Assembly (NCBI RefSeq): GCF_018398935.1 | Contig: NZ_CP074694.1 | Location: forward strand, 1,950,001 to 1,982,000 | Length of the DNA: 32,000 nucleotides | Reading direction: 5' to 3' | From: Telmatocola sphagniphila | GTDB lineage: Bacteria > Planctomycetota > Planctomycetia > Gemmatales > Gemmataceae | Shown here: positions 10,020 to 19,294 of the stretch, one piece after another | Layout of the letters: every line of letters begins with the position of its first letter | Numbering within the stretch: position 1 is the stretch's first letter | Notes under the pieces: model-generated | Database searches by the model: none | What the model was told of the DNA's origin: nothing | What the model saw: only the letters and a program-made list of their open reading frames with translations | Program-made: the position numbers and the translations under genes

Positions 10020-11767
10020 TCTATCCCAATAGAGTCTTTCTTCTTATCTTTTGCGCTTTTTGCGCAAACTTTTTGTGTATTTTATTAAATCGCGGTTTTG
10101 AGTTCTTTCGGGAACTCTTTGATGCGGATACGAACGGCCGCCGCCATCACCGCATTGCCTTTATCCGTCACATGATAGCGATGCGCCCGCGGGACTTTCC
10201 GAATCAATCCATGAGCGCGCAACCTTCCCAATTGTCGCGAGACTCGTTGCGTTTGCCGACGCCGTTCAGCGGCATCCCGGGCGGGCTCGTTCAACGCTTT
10301 CAGGATGTCGTGGTTGCGAAACCCATTGATGCGATTATCGCCGCATAAGACAGCCAGGAATAGCTTCTGTTCTTCGGCGTGCATCAAGTTCAAGCCGCGT
10401 CGCTTCCGGTTACCCAGAGAGACGGGTTGACTCAGTTGGTCGAGTTGACGCACGGTGACCGAAGGAGCGTCCACAACGGCCAAAGCCTCGAGATAGCGTC
10501 GATTCGAAGCGCGGGCGACTTCGAGGTAGCGATAGAAATTAGACACGCCTTTGTTCATGGGGCACCAGGCCATTTTTTCGACCCCTTTGCGGATGCATCG
10601 ACGGCGGACGTGGAACTCGCCTGGCTGGTTGATTACTGTTTCAATGCGGAGAATCCGTTCGAATTTGTCGTACATTTTCAGCCAATTGCCTTTCATGCGG
10701 TGCTTGACGCGTGTGCCCGGTGCCCGTTTCTTGCGGCCCAGAGTAAGAATTTCTCCGTCGAATTGAGGATAGAGCTTGCGTCCCAGGAATTTCATAAGGT
10801 CGTCGGCAGAGAACTGTTGAATCGAGTGATCGACCAGACGCGGGTAAAGAGCTTGTAAGTCTTCACGACTTCGGAACAAAACGTCCGTGCTGTACTCGGC
10901 TCGATCGATCACCCAGTAGTATTGGCAGCGGTTCAGCCAGTCTTTTTTCAATAGCGGATTGGCCCGGCGGACCCAACGGTCGAGAATTTTGATCCAATTC
11001 AAATGGGCAAAGCGATCGGCCAGGCGTTGAGCGGCTTCGGGATTGTCGAGTTGAACGAAGGCATTATCGCTTTGAAGGAAGCCGATCTGCTTTTCGTTCA
11101 TCTGGCGGGCCAGCCAGTCGTGACCGTTGACGTAGACTTGGACGCTGTAAGGAAAGAAGGTTTGGATGCGGACATGGATCAGTCCGAACTCGGGATCGAG
11201 AGAATAGAAATAGACGACGCGTTGCGGGCGAGACGTGAAGTACAATTCCGGTCGATCCTTGCCGGGACGCAGCTTGACGCCGCGACCGGTTTCCATGCAG
11301 CACAGCACGGCGACCAGTCCTTCCTTTAGACTGCGTTTGGCAATCTCCTCGCGGATGATCTGCTCTTTGGTGTGCTCCCCTTGGAGAAACCGATAAGGAG
11401 CACCGGCTTCGGCGGCGACTCGTTTGCCATGTTCCACCAGTTCTTCGGACAGACCTTCCAGGAAGGGAACGAAGTCTTTGCGACGCATGCCCAGTCCGCT
11501 ATCGCAGAGACGGTGGAGATCTCCATTCTTGAAAAAGGGAAGATATCCTTTGAAAATCACGCGGTCGTGACATTCCAGAACGGATAGAATGGAATCGGCG
11601 AACTTCTTCGTAAATGAGTTGATCGTCGGCATGGCGTCGAGTCTCCAACGGTTGTGTGGTTACTTCCATTGGATAAACCGACGCCATGTTCGTTAATACC
11701 TAGGGTTGCGGGCATTGCCCGCGTTAAGACACTTTCGCCGAGAGTTGCGCCTAAAAACGGAAGAGCC
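8651..11767 (-). mobile_element. Tentative ISL3-family element that would include the 515-aa ORF as a passenger
   Basis: ggctcttccgttt at 8651-8663 and its inverse aaacggaagagcc at 11755-11767 (13 bp perfect, 17/20 extended). ISL3 ends usually begin GGCTCT (from memory). I found no convincing inverted repeat between 9978 and 10084 and no 8-bp duplication, so these boundaries are uncertain. Confidence 0.35.
10085..11632 (-). CDS. Uncharacterised 515-aa protein with a C-terminal winged-helix-like domain
   Basis: A long uninterrupted ORF whose codon usage looks like neighbouring real genes. The C-terminus INGFRNHDILKAL...RVSRQLGRLRAHGLIRKVPRAHRYHVTDKGNAVM looks like a MarR/wHTH recognition unit. 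The central block KHRMKGNWLKMYDKFERILRIETVINQPGEF is one I recall only from unannotated proteins. I see no recognisable catalytic motif. Confidence 0.75.
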   Translation of the reverse strand: MPTINSFTKKFADSILSVLECHDRVIFKGYLPFFKNGDLHRLCDSGLGMRRKDFVPFLEGLSEELVEHGKRVAAEAGAPYRFLQGEHTKEQIIREEIAKRSLKEGLVAVLCCMETGRGVKLRPGKDRPELYFTSRPQRVVYFYSLDPEFGLIHVRIQTFFPYSVQVYVNGHDWLARQMNEKQIGFLQSDNAFVQLDNPEAAQRLADRFAHLNWIKILDRWVRRANPLLKKDWLNRCQYYWVIDRAEYSTDVLFRSREDLQALYPRLVDHSIQQFSADDLMKFLGRKLYPQFDGEILTLGRKKRAPGTRVKHRMKGNWLKMYDKFERILRIETVINQPGEFHVRRRCIRKGVEKMAWCPMNKGVSNFYRYLEVARASNRRYLEALAVVDAPSVTVRQLDQLSQPVSLGNRKRRGLNLMHAEEQKLFLAVLCGDNRINGFRNHDILKALNEPARDAAERRRQTQRVSRQLGRLRAHGLIRKVPRAHRYHVTDKGNAVMAAAVRIRIKEFPKELKTAI

Positions 11768-12310
11768 GTAGGATACCTATGTGAAATGGCTTCATCAGCA
11801 CAGCACTGCAGCTTCCTAATTAATCGGAATTTGGGCCGGTGATTGCTGAACCGAGAAAACAGCGCCCTTCGAACGGGGAAGTTGACTGCGTAGAACCGTT
11901 GTCTCAACACTGATAATGAGCTGACGAAACCGAACTCCCTCAGAATCGCCCGTGAAGTTTTTTCCAGATCAGAAATTCATCAGTTGCGCCACACATTTTG
12001 TTTGAGTAGATTCCGACCATCTCTTTCAGACAATCCATCGAGGTAAATAATGCGCAGCACTTAGCAAAATTCCCCTCAGCCTAGGTTTGAAAATTGAAAT
12101 CGTTCTAAAATGCGGAGCAGTATTTTCAAAAGAACGCTCGTATCCACAAGAGATACTTTTCAATCTGTAGGTGTGTGCATCTTCAAAATCGCACTCGACC
12201 TCGCCAAATGAATTAAGCCTCATAATAGTCCGCTCCGGAACGGGAAATGCAGTCATCTGAAACCTCTCGGGCTTTTTCCGAGGAACTCACTATCGGGGAG
12301 GATTCACACT

Positions 12311-12652
12311 ATGCGGAATGCGAAATTCTGGATCTTAAGCGTTTGTTTTGCCACCGCTCTGACGGGCACGGCCTTTTTGGCGGGTTCGAGCAATTCGATC
12401 AGTGCCGAGCCGCGCGAAGATTTGAAGGACCACTGGCGAAATCATGACGGCCACTGGAGCTACTGGAATGAGGCCGACAAGCAGTGGTATTACACCGATG
12501 GCGTCCACTGGTTCTTCAGCACCGGTAAAGGCTGGGAACTGTACCGATTCGACAAAAAGTTCGGACACGAAGGTTTCGAACATGGGACCTATAAGGTTCC
12601 AACTCCCGAAGTCAAAGTCGTGGTTCCCCGGCACGAAGTCTGGCATCGATAA
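12311..12652 (+). CDS. Small secreted Trp/His-rich protein (113 aa)
   Basis: GGAGG lies 8 nt upstream of the ATG. There is an N-terminal signal peptide (FWILSVCFATALTGTAFLAGSSNSISA). The mature part has repeated aromatic motifs: HWSYWNEADKQWYYTDGVHWFFSTGKGWELY. Confidence 0.6.
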   Translation: MRNAKFWILSVCFATALTGTAFLAGSSNSISAEPREDLKDHWRNHDGHWSYWNEADKQWYYTDGVHWFFSTGKGWELYRFDKKFGHEGFEHGTYKVPTPEVKVVVPRHEVWHR

Positions 12653-13097
12653 TATTTCCTGTTTCCTACTCCTGTCAGAAGTCGCCCCTTCTGACATCGC
12701 TTCATTTCGAAGCTATCGCATGCCACTTTAAATTCGAGCCAACCTCCCTGCACTTTTCTAGAGAAACCTCCACATCGGCAACTTTTGGCTGTCGTTTGGA
12801 TACGACAAAGAAAACAGTCTCCCTCCGATGGGTTCTCTAACTAACTCTTTTTTCGGTATATCCGGCTCTGAATTTTTGCAAGAAAATACGAAGTGTTCTC
12901 CCAAATTCGTCGACACTCACTCAACGAATATCGTCTCTTCTTCGAAAAAGAGTGCGTCCAAGCAATCCGCCAAAATAAAGATCAAAGAAAGGCCGACGAA
13001 GTGGAGGACCGCCCAGAAATCTTGAATTCTTTGTTGCCGAGATGAAATCATTTCACTCCCACTTTTCCGTTCCGAAGTTCGCCGAGTCATCGATTCC

Positions 13098-14975
13098 TGT
13101 AAACGCCGGTCGAAAAGGGGCTCTGTCGCACAGTTGGTGACGAGCGTTGGTTAGAATGTCTTTAGGAATTCATTCTGACGGGACGCAGCATCATGACTCT
13201 GCAGGACTTCTTTCCTCAAGAAGCCGGTTTGGTCGTCACCGATTTCGCTCTCACTCCGGATCTTTTGGCGATTGCTCTAAAAACCACATGCCCGAGTTCG
13301 CAGTGCCCCGACTGTGGCCAGCTAACATATCGGATTCACAGCCATTATCGGCGTGTATTGGCGGACTTACCCTGGCAAGCTCGACGAGTATTGCTCCGGA
13401 TCGAACTGCGAAAATTTCGATGCATGAATGCCGCTTGCCCCAGGCAAATCTTCTGTGAACGGCTACCTCATGTATTTGCTTCCCATGCTCGAACAACGGA
13501 TCGATTAAAAGCTCTCCAGAAACAGATCGGTTTGGCATTAGGCGGCAGGCCGGGTACTCGACTCACGGAGAAGTTATTCGTCCCGACCAGCAAAGACACC
13601 CTTTTACGTCGAGCCAAAGACAAAGTCGACTCCTTAACCACTCCCCGTGTTCTCGGAGTGGACGATTTCGCTTTTCGAAGAGGGCAAAACTATGGCACCA
13701 TCCTGGTGGATTTAGAAAAGCATCGCGTCCTAGACTTACTACCCGATCGAGAGGCTAAAACCCTGGCGTGTTGGTTGAAGGCCCATCCTCAAGTGGAAAT
13801 TGTCAGCCGAGATCGAGCCACGGCTTACGCCCAAGGCATTCGTGAGGCCTGTCCTCAGTCGATTCAGGTGACGGATCGTTGGCATCTTCTGAAAAATCTG
13901 CGGGAAGCCATCGAACGCTGGTTCGATGGAAAGCGGGAAAAGATTCGGGAGTTGATCCAAAAAAGTCACTGCGAAAAACCTTCCGTCATTCAGGAACTTA
14001 CCAATCAGGTAGCCGGAGGGCTCTCCGATCGGCAGAAATCCCGAATGGAGCAATAGGAGCAAGTACGTCGCTGGCATGAGGAAGGTCTATCGAAACTGCA
14101 AATTCACAAACGAACAGGTCTCCATTTCCGAACGATCGACCGCTACTTGCGGCGAGAGGATTGTCCGAATTGGCTTCCCGGACGAAGAGGTTCCTCTCGT
14201 TTGGATGTTCACGAAGGCTTTATTAAGGAGCAATTGCAACAGCCCAACCAGACGGCCCAAAAAATCCACCAAGCTTTGAGAACAAAGGACTGTTCAATCG
14301 GTTATTCGGTCGTCAAAGCCTGTGTTCGACGTTTGAAAACCGAACTGGGGCTGCCCCTTTCCCGTCCCTCAAAGCCTTTCCCACCTAATCGAGTTCCTTT
14401 GCCTTCTTCACGAAGTCTAGCCATGAACTTGTTGCAAAAATCGGAAACTCGATCCGAGGAAGGAAAACGCATTCTTGAGATTATGCACAGTGCCGGAAGC
14501 GAGTTTCAGGGGCCTATCGATTTGACTTTAGCCTTTGCAACGCTCTTAAGAGGAAAGCAGGAATCGGCATTTTCGGAAGGGCTTCAAAAAGTGGAAGCCT
14601 CCACGGTTCTCGAATTAAAGCGGTTTGCTCAAAGCTTGCGAAACGACGAAGCCGCAGTTAGAGCGGCCGTAACTCTTCCCTGGAGCAATGGCCAAGAGGA
14701 AGGACAAGTTAATCGATTGAAATCGATCAAAAGAGCGATGTTCGGTCGAGCCAAGTTCGATTTGCTGAAAGCGAGAGTGATTTGCAACGGGTAAATGAGT
14801 AACTTGCCTGGAGGTAATTTTCTCCGCTCCCTAGTGAAGCGTCAGAACCCGTGCAAATTCGCCCGCCAAAAATCGCCTGGATGAAGACAAAAAGACGGCT
14901 CTTTCGCTTAGTGGATCACCAACAAATAATCTGCACCAACTGTGCGACAGAGCCCCTTTTCGACCGGCGTTTACA
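13098..14975 (+). mobile_element. ISL3-family insertion sequence with 41-bp perfect terminal inverted repeats
   Basis: gtaaacgccggtcgaaaaggggctctgtcgcacagttggtg at 13099-13139 is the exact reverse complement of 14934-14974, with one more pairing base on each side. It encloses a single transposase reading frame. Confidence 0.9.
13193..14794 (+). pseudogene. ISL3-family transposase (long form, 533 codons) interrupted by one in-frame TAG at 14054-14056
   Basis: ORFs 13193-14056 and 14147-14794 are in the same frame, and the sequence between them translates without further stops (EQ*EQVRRWHEEGLSKLQIHKRTGLHFRTIDRYLRREDCPNW...). N-terminal zinc finger CPDCG...CMNAACP, core LGVDDFAFRRGQNYGTILVDL...VSRDRATAY...VTDRWHLLKNL, and C-terminal SNGQEEGQVNRLKSIKRAMFGRAKFDLL. 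Confidence 0.85.
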
Positions 14976-15467
14976 CTGCTGATCTCCGAGATTCTAAGGC
15001 CGAGTCATCAATGCCTCGGCGAAACAGAGCGATGCCAGATAACGGCTTTGAGTATTGTCGATTGTCCGGCGGAGATCGGGATGTCGGCAATATTCGAGAA
15101 GGGATAAGTTACGAGCGGCTTCGTGCTGCGGATGATTCGGATCTCGCTGCACGTGGTTAATATGGGATAACGCTCGCGAGATGGGATCGCGAAGCAGCGT
15201 CACCATCATGGGAATGTAACCCAGATATAAAGGGAGCAAACCACCAAAATGTCCGACCAGGACGCGGGTCGACGCAGAGATCTTGTGACCAGTAGCTAGG
15301 AAATCATCCCAGATCTACTGCGGGGAGACGGCCTCGGGAGCATATTGATCCCGAAAGGCGTGATGTAAACTCGTACCGGCCGTTTTGGGAATATGAAAAA
15401 AATAGAGTAGCTTCGAAGGCGCCGACGTTTCGTTCTCCTGTGAAGTTACCAGATTTTTTGGGATCAT
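14976..15467 (-). pseudogene. Sulfotransferase-family pseudogene (in-frame TAG, cut by the ISL3 element)
   Basis: Hand translation from the ATG at 15467 gives MIPKNLVTSQENETSAPSKLLYFFHIPKTAGTSLHHAFRDQYAPEAVSPQ*IWDDF...MVTLLRDPISRALSHINHV...DNTQSRYLA. It has the PAPS-binding HIPKTAGTS loop and an RDP motif. The stop is TAG at 15315-15317. Coding runs into the IS boundary at 14975. Confidence 0.7.
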
Positions 15468-16085
15468 CTTTCACCGGTTTCGGTAAGGACTTTCACGCTA
15501 ATCCTGACGAGTTTGGTTTGCTCAAGGGGGAAAATCTGAAACGAAATTCTCCCTATTTATCGTCTGGTTATGGAATTAGATGAAGTGGAAGATTCGGCCG
15601 CACTGATTTTTCATTATTGAGGCCAAGTTCGGGAAAAGGAAAACTTTGGATAACTCCCACTGAATGCCTCGGAGTTCCCTGGGAATTGATAAATCCCGTT
15701 GAAACCACGAATTAATCTAAGCACTAGGAAGGCGGATCATCTTGTTTAACATGTTGACTGCCTAATCGACTTTCGACCCGCCTGAACGAATTGAATGTGG
15801 AGGACGTTTGCTTTGGCCGCTCGAACTTGTTCTCGAAGCTACCCTCCGAAAGGCACTCATCGTAAGGGTGAGCGGGTCCGCGTACTCGAATCTCCTTAAA
15901 GGCTGTCGCTATTTGAACTCTCTCTAAATCTTATCTAAATTCCCGCCCTTTTTGCGTCATTACCTTTGAGAGAAGTCTAGCTTTGGCTTCTTTCCAGTAC
16001 GCCTCACTTGGGGCTTCACTTTACCCCTTTTCAACACACGACAACCGCCGAACCCCGGCGGTGGTTTCGTTTCTGGAGACTTCTC

Positions 16086-16367
16086 ATGCTGATTCCGATG
16101 TCCGTTCCCGTTTCGATTCCCGTGCTGTCGCTCGAAGATCGCCAGCAGGCGTTCATGACGATCCTGCCCTTGCTGGAGACGAAGGCTCGATTTGCCTTTC
16201 GTGATCTGGAAAGCCGCCACGATCGCGATGACGCGGTAGCCGAAGTGGTTGCCCTGGCCTGGGAGCATTTCAGGCACTCCCGGTCCCTGCCCGCCTCACT
16301 CTTCATTAAGCAGATTCCGCTGTTTATCGCCACCGTCCGGCAACAGCTCTCAGTTCGCCCAGTTTAA
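16086..16367 (+). CDS. Small hypothetical protein (93 aa), first gene of the AAA+/vWA string
   Basis: GGAGA lies 8 nt upstream of the ATG at 16086. An upstream hairpin (16044-16063) argues against the longer 16008 start. The segment DRDDAVAEVVALAWEHF faintly resembles sigma-70 region 2, but this is unsupported otherwise. Confidence 0.5.
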   Translation: MLIPMSVPVSIPVLSLEDRQQAFMTILPLLETKARFAFRDLESRHDRDDAVAEVVALAWEHFRHSRSLPASLFIKQIPLFIATVRQQLSVRPV

Positions 16368-16399
16368 ATCTTTCCTTCTCTTCCAAAAAGGACTTTCTC

Positions 16400-16594
16400 A
16401 TGTCGCGACACGTTTTACTCGAAGAGTTCCATCTGTCGTTTCTGATTCTCGCCGATACGGCCGAAGCCGAAGTGCAGAGAATCCGCCGGCAATTGAATCG
16501 CTCCCGCTTCCAGGCTCTGCTCCGAAGAACCCTGATTCATTTCTTCCGGAAGTATCGGGCTCTCGATTCGGTCGTTTTCAAACTGTCCCGGTAG
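16400..16594 (+). CDS. Small hypothetical protein (64 aa), Arg-rich
   Basis: AAGGA lies 8 nt upstream of the ATG. It is 32 nt after the preceding stop, co-directional, with no recognisable domain. Confidence 0.5.
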   Translation: MSRHVLLEEFHLSFLILADTAEAEVQRIRRQLNRSRFQALLRRTLIHFFRKYRALDSVVFKLSR

Positions 16595-16667
16595 AGCCGT
16601 CTTGCGGTGTCTGCCAATTTGCCTTTCTTCCTATCGCCTAATTCCCAACCTTACCAAGGACCTTCCC

Positions 16668-17798
16668 ATGAAAACCCTCGTTCCCGACTGCGCGGCCCTG
16701 CAAGCCCATTTCGCTTTGCTCCGTTCGGAATTAGCTTCCGGTCTGATCGAACGGGACGAAGAGATCGATTTGTGTCTCACCGCTCTGATCGCCCAAGAGC
16801 ATCTGCTCCTGGTCTCCCCGCCCGGCTGTGCCAAGTCCTTACTGCTCGATTCACTCCTGAAAGCCACCGGCGGCTCCAAGTTCTCGATCCTGCTCACCAA
16901 GTTCACCGTCCCCGAAGAGGTCTTTGGGCCGATCTCGATTCAGGGACTGAAGGAAGACCGCTTCCAGAGAATCACCAACGGCAAACTCCCCGAAGCCGAC
17001 TTCGCTTTCCTCGATGAGGTCTTCAAAGCTTCCTCGGCGATTCTGAATACCCTCCTGAAGATCCTCAACGAACGGACCTTCGATGCCGGCGAAGGTTCCT
17101 TGCGCAAGGTTCCCCTCAAGCTCTGCGTGGCCGCTTCCAACGAATGGCCGGCCCCGGAGAGCGCTCAGGAACTGGCCGCGCTCTTCGACCGCTTCACTCT
17201 GCGGAAGAGTTTATCGCCGATTCGCTCGCAGGCGGGTCGGAAGAAGCTGCTCTGGAATCGGGAGCATACTCCCAAGGTCTCGGTGCACCTGAAGCCAACC
17301 GATCTAGAAGCCGCTCGCCGCTATGCCCGGGAGTTACCCTGGTCCGTTTCTGCCCAGGAAGCCCTGGAAACGATCCTTAAAGACCTAGCCAAGGAGGGCA
17401 TTCAACCGGGCGATCGCCGCCAGTTCAAAGCGGTCGGCATCGCGCAGGCGTACGCTTTCCTGCACGGGGCCGAGCAGGTCGAACCGGAGCATCTGGAAGT
17501 GGCCGCCCACGTTCTCTGGGACGATCCCCGGGAACAGCCCCAAAAAGTCGCTCAGGTGATCGCCCGAATTGCCAATCCGATCGGCATGCGGCTGAATCAA
17601 CTGCTCTTGGAAGTCGAACAAGTTCTGTCCAGCACCGATGTCCGCAAGCTGCCCGAGACGGCCAAAGCCGCCGCCAAGCTCGGCGAGATCGACAAGCAGC
17701 TGAGTGAATTGAAGTCCAATGACCGGGTCACCCGAACCCGGAACTACGTTCGCGAACAGCTCCGACAACTCAAACTCGCCTCGCTGGAGGCGATCTAA
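16668..17798 (+). CDS. MoxR-class AAA+ ATPase, RavA-like core (376 aa)
   Basis: Walker A LLLVSPPGCAKS; Walker B and downstream FAFLDEVFKASSAILNTLLKILNERTF; sensor 1 CVAASNE; LFDRF. The later block GDRRQFKAVGIAQAYAFLHGAEQVEPEHLEVAAHVLWDDP parallels E. coli RavA [21 protein letters not shown]...LKDCLWYD. AAGGA precedes the ATG at 16668. The 16602 start in the ORF track is probably too long. Confidence 0.9.
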   Translation: MKTLVPDCAALQAHFALLRSELASGLIERDEEIDLCLTALIAQEHLLLVSPPGCAKSLLLDSLLKATGGSKFSILLTKFTVPEEVFGPISIQGLKEDRFQRITNGKLPEADFAFLDEVFKASSAILNTLLKILNERTFDAGEGSLRKVPLKLCVAASNEWPAPESAQELAALFDRFTLRKSLSPIRSQAGRKKLLWNREHTPKVSVHLKPTDLEAARRYARELPWSVSAQEALETILKDLAKEGIQPGDRRQFKAVGIAQAYAFLHGAEQVEPEHLEVAAHVLWDDPREQPQKVAQVIARIANPIGMRLNQLLLEVEQVLSSTDVRKLPETAKAAAKLGEIDKQLSELKSNDRVTRTRNYVREQLRQLKLASLEAI

Positions 17799-17813
17799 CC
17801 CCAGGGAAAAACC

Positions 17814-19187
17814 ATGAATGCCGAAGAACTCCGTAAACTCTTCGATCTCGATCGCCCGCTCTCGCCCAGTCCCTCCTCCGCCGAAGACTCCCCTTCTCCT
17901 TTCTCTTCCGCTTCGCCTCCCTCTGCTCCCTCGGGGAATCCAACCGCTCTGCAGGTCGATTCCTGGGGGCTGCGTCGGGGTAGCGATCTGCTGCGGGATT
18001 CTCCCCGCTTGCAATCGTTCGGTCTGGAGGATTACGCCATCGCCGATTTTCATACGGCGGCTTTTGAACCGGAACCGCAGCTGTTGGAGGATTGCCAGGA
18101 TCCGGTTCGCCGGGGCTTTTTGGTCGAGCTGTTCCAGACTCCGGAGTATCAGGCGTTGCACGCCGGGACTCGACTGGATGAAGTCTCCTCCGAGATTACC
18201 ACCCTGCACTTCGCTGAACAATTCGCCGCTCTGCGGAATGCGGCTGCCACGGCCGAACCCGAGATCGCCACATTAAAAGCGGTCAGCCGGGCGGTGCTGG
18301 CCGCTCGCGAAGAGGTCGACCAGTGCCGGGAAGCGATTACTGCTCTCGGCGGCGGGCTCGGTCCTGGAACGCCGGGCTCGGTCGATCCTAAGGCGATCGC
18401 TCAACTATTCCAGCGGGTCCGTCAGGACCCCACGTTGCGAAGGATCTGCGAACTGGCCGGTCGTTATCGGCGACTGGCCCAATCGAGCCAGCGTCGCAAA
18501 TGTGCCCATGGTCAGGACGATCTGGTCGGAGTGACTACCTCAGGAGACTTGGCCCAACTGCTGCCGCACGAGTTGGTCCGCTTGGGAATTCCGGAGTTAG
18601 AACTGGATACCCTGCGACGTCTGGCGGAACGGCAGTGCCTGGCCCGGGACTACCAGTCCTTGGAGCCGGTGGGCAAAGGTCCGATCGTGGTGGTCATCGA
18701 TGAATCGGGCTCGATGGCGGGCGATAAAGTGCAAACAGCCAAGGCTCTCGCTTTGGCTTTGGCTTGGATCGCCCGGCAGCAGCGTCGCTGGTGCGGCCTG
18801 ATTGCCTATTCCGGCGATACCGGTGAACGACTGTTGTCCCTGCCGCCGTCCCGCTGGGACGAATCGGAAGTGCTCGACTGGCTGGGGGCCTTCCTGGGGG
18901 GCGGTTCGACCTTGGATGTTCCGATTGTGGAACTGCCTTGGATGGTGGAACAGCTCTGGGCTCCGGCGGGGATTACCGATGTCTTGATCCTGACCGATGC
19001 CATCTGCTCCATTCCCCTGGAGTTGCAGCAGAATTTTCTGCGCTGGAAGCAATCGGTTTCGGCGCGGGTGATCTCGTTGGTCTTGGCCGATACTGCGGGA
19101 GACCTGGCGGCGTTGTGCGATGAAGTCCATCTGGTTAAATCGCTCGAAGTCACCGAGACCGCCATCGGTTCCGTGCTGTCGATCTAG
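17814..19187 (+). CDS. von Willebrand factor A domain protein, ViaA-like (457 aa)
   Basis: The helical middle region LLPHELVRLGIPELELDTLRRLAERQCLARDY is followed by GPIVVVIDESGSMAGDKVQTAKALALALAWIA (MIDAS DxSGS) and FLGGGSTLD. E. coli ViaA has the same order. The N-terminus is Pro/Ser-rich and low-complexity. It starts 15 nt after the AAA+ stop. Confidence 0.9.
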   Translation: MNAEELRKLFDLDRPLSPSPSSAEDSPSPFSSASPPSAPSGNPTALQVDSWGLRRGSDLLRDSPRLQSFGLEDYAIADFHTAAFEPEPQLLEDCQDPVRRGFLVELFQTPEYQALHAGTRLDEVSSEITTLHFAEQFAALRNAAATAEPEIATLKAVSRAVLAAREEVDQCREAITALGGGLGPGTPGSVDPKAIAQLFQRVRQDPTLRRICELAGRYRRLAQSSQRRKCAHGQDDLVGVTTSGDLAQLLPHELVRLGIPELELDTLRRLAERQCLARDYQSLEPVGKGPIVVVIDESGSMAGDKVQTAKALALALAWIARQQRRWCGLIAYSGDTGERLLSLPPSRWDESEVLDWLGAFLGGGSTLDVPIVELPWMVEQLWAPAGITDVLILTDAICSIPLELQQNFLRWKQSVSARVISLVLADTAGDLAALCDEVHLVKSLEVTETAIGSVLSI

Positions 19188-19212
19188 TCTCCCTTTTTTC
19201 CATCGTGGTGAA

Positions 19213-19256
19213 AGCTCGCAGATCTTCTTATTCAGAAGATTCCGCGGGCTTTTTTC
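19213..19256 (+). terminator. Intrinsic-terminator-like hairpin between the vWA gene and the 292-aa ORF
   Basis: agctcgcagatcttct-tattc-agaagattccgcgggct forms a stem with an internal bulge and one mismatch, followed immediately by tttttt (19250-19255). Confidence 0.45.
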
Positions 19257-19294
19257 GTTTCCATTTTTCATTCTTGAACCTGAAGGAACTCTCT

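Noticed and set aside
10050-10068. A perfect small palindrome, tttgcgc-ttttt-gcgcaaa, between the 515-aa gene stop and the ISL3 transposase start. It could be a terminator.
   Set aside because: The stem is only 7 bp. The T-rich tail is on the plus strand, where no gene ends. On the minus strand, where it would be relevant, it is followed by agataag, not a U-tract.
12026-12256. A 76-aa minus-strand ORF, together with the 11557-11910 (-) and 11654-11842 (+) ORFs upstream of the 515-aa gene.
   Set aside because: They sit in AT-rich sequence, have no ribosome-binding site, show odd composition and have no family resemblance. They are probably chance ORFs in intergenic or IS-flank DNA.
15913-15941. 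A sigma-70-like promoter (TTGAAC-17 nt-TAAATT) upstream of the AAA+/vWA string.
   Set aside because: I did not list it as a feature. Both hexamers match the consensus at only 4/6, similar matches occur by chance in AT-rich spacers, and promoter rules for this lineage are uncertain. It is mentioned only as context in the operon finding.
17385-18221. Long antisense and alternative-frame ORFs: 17385-18221 (-), 18597-19271 (-), 20930-21496 (-), 1121-2041 (+), 9279-10088 (+), 10379-10858 (+), 29783-30223 (-), and the 124-aa and 90-aa ORFs inside both IS copies.
   Set aside because: Each lies entirely within, and opposite to or out of frame with, a gene that has clear family motifs. Their sequences are Arg/Gly/Pro-rich and low-complexity, typical of shadow ORFs in GC-rich coding DNA.
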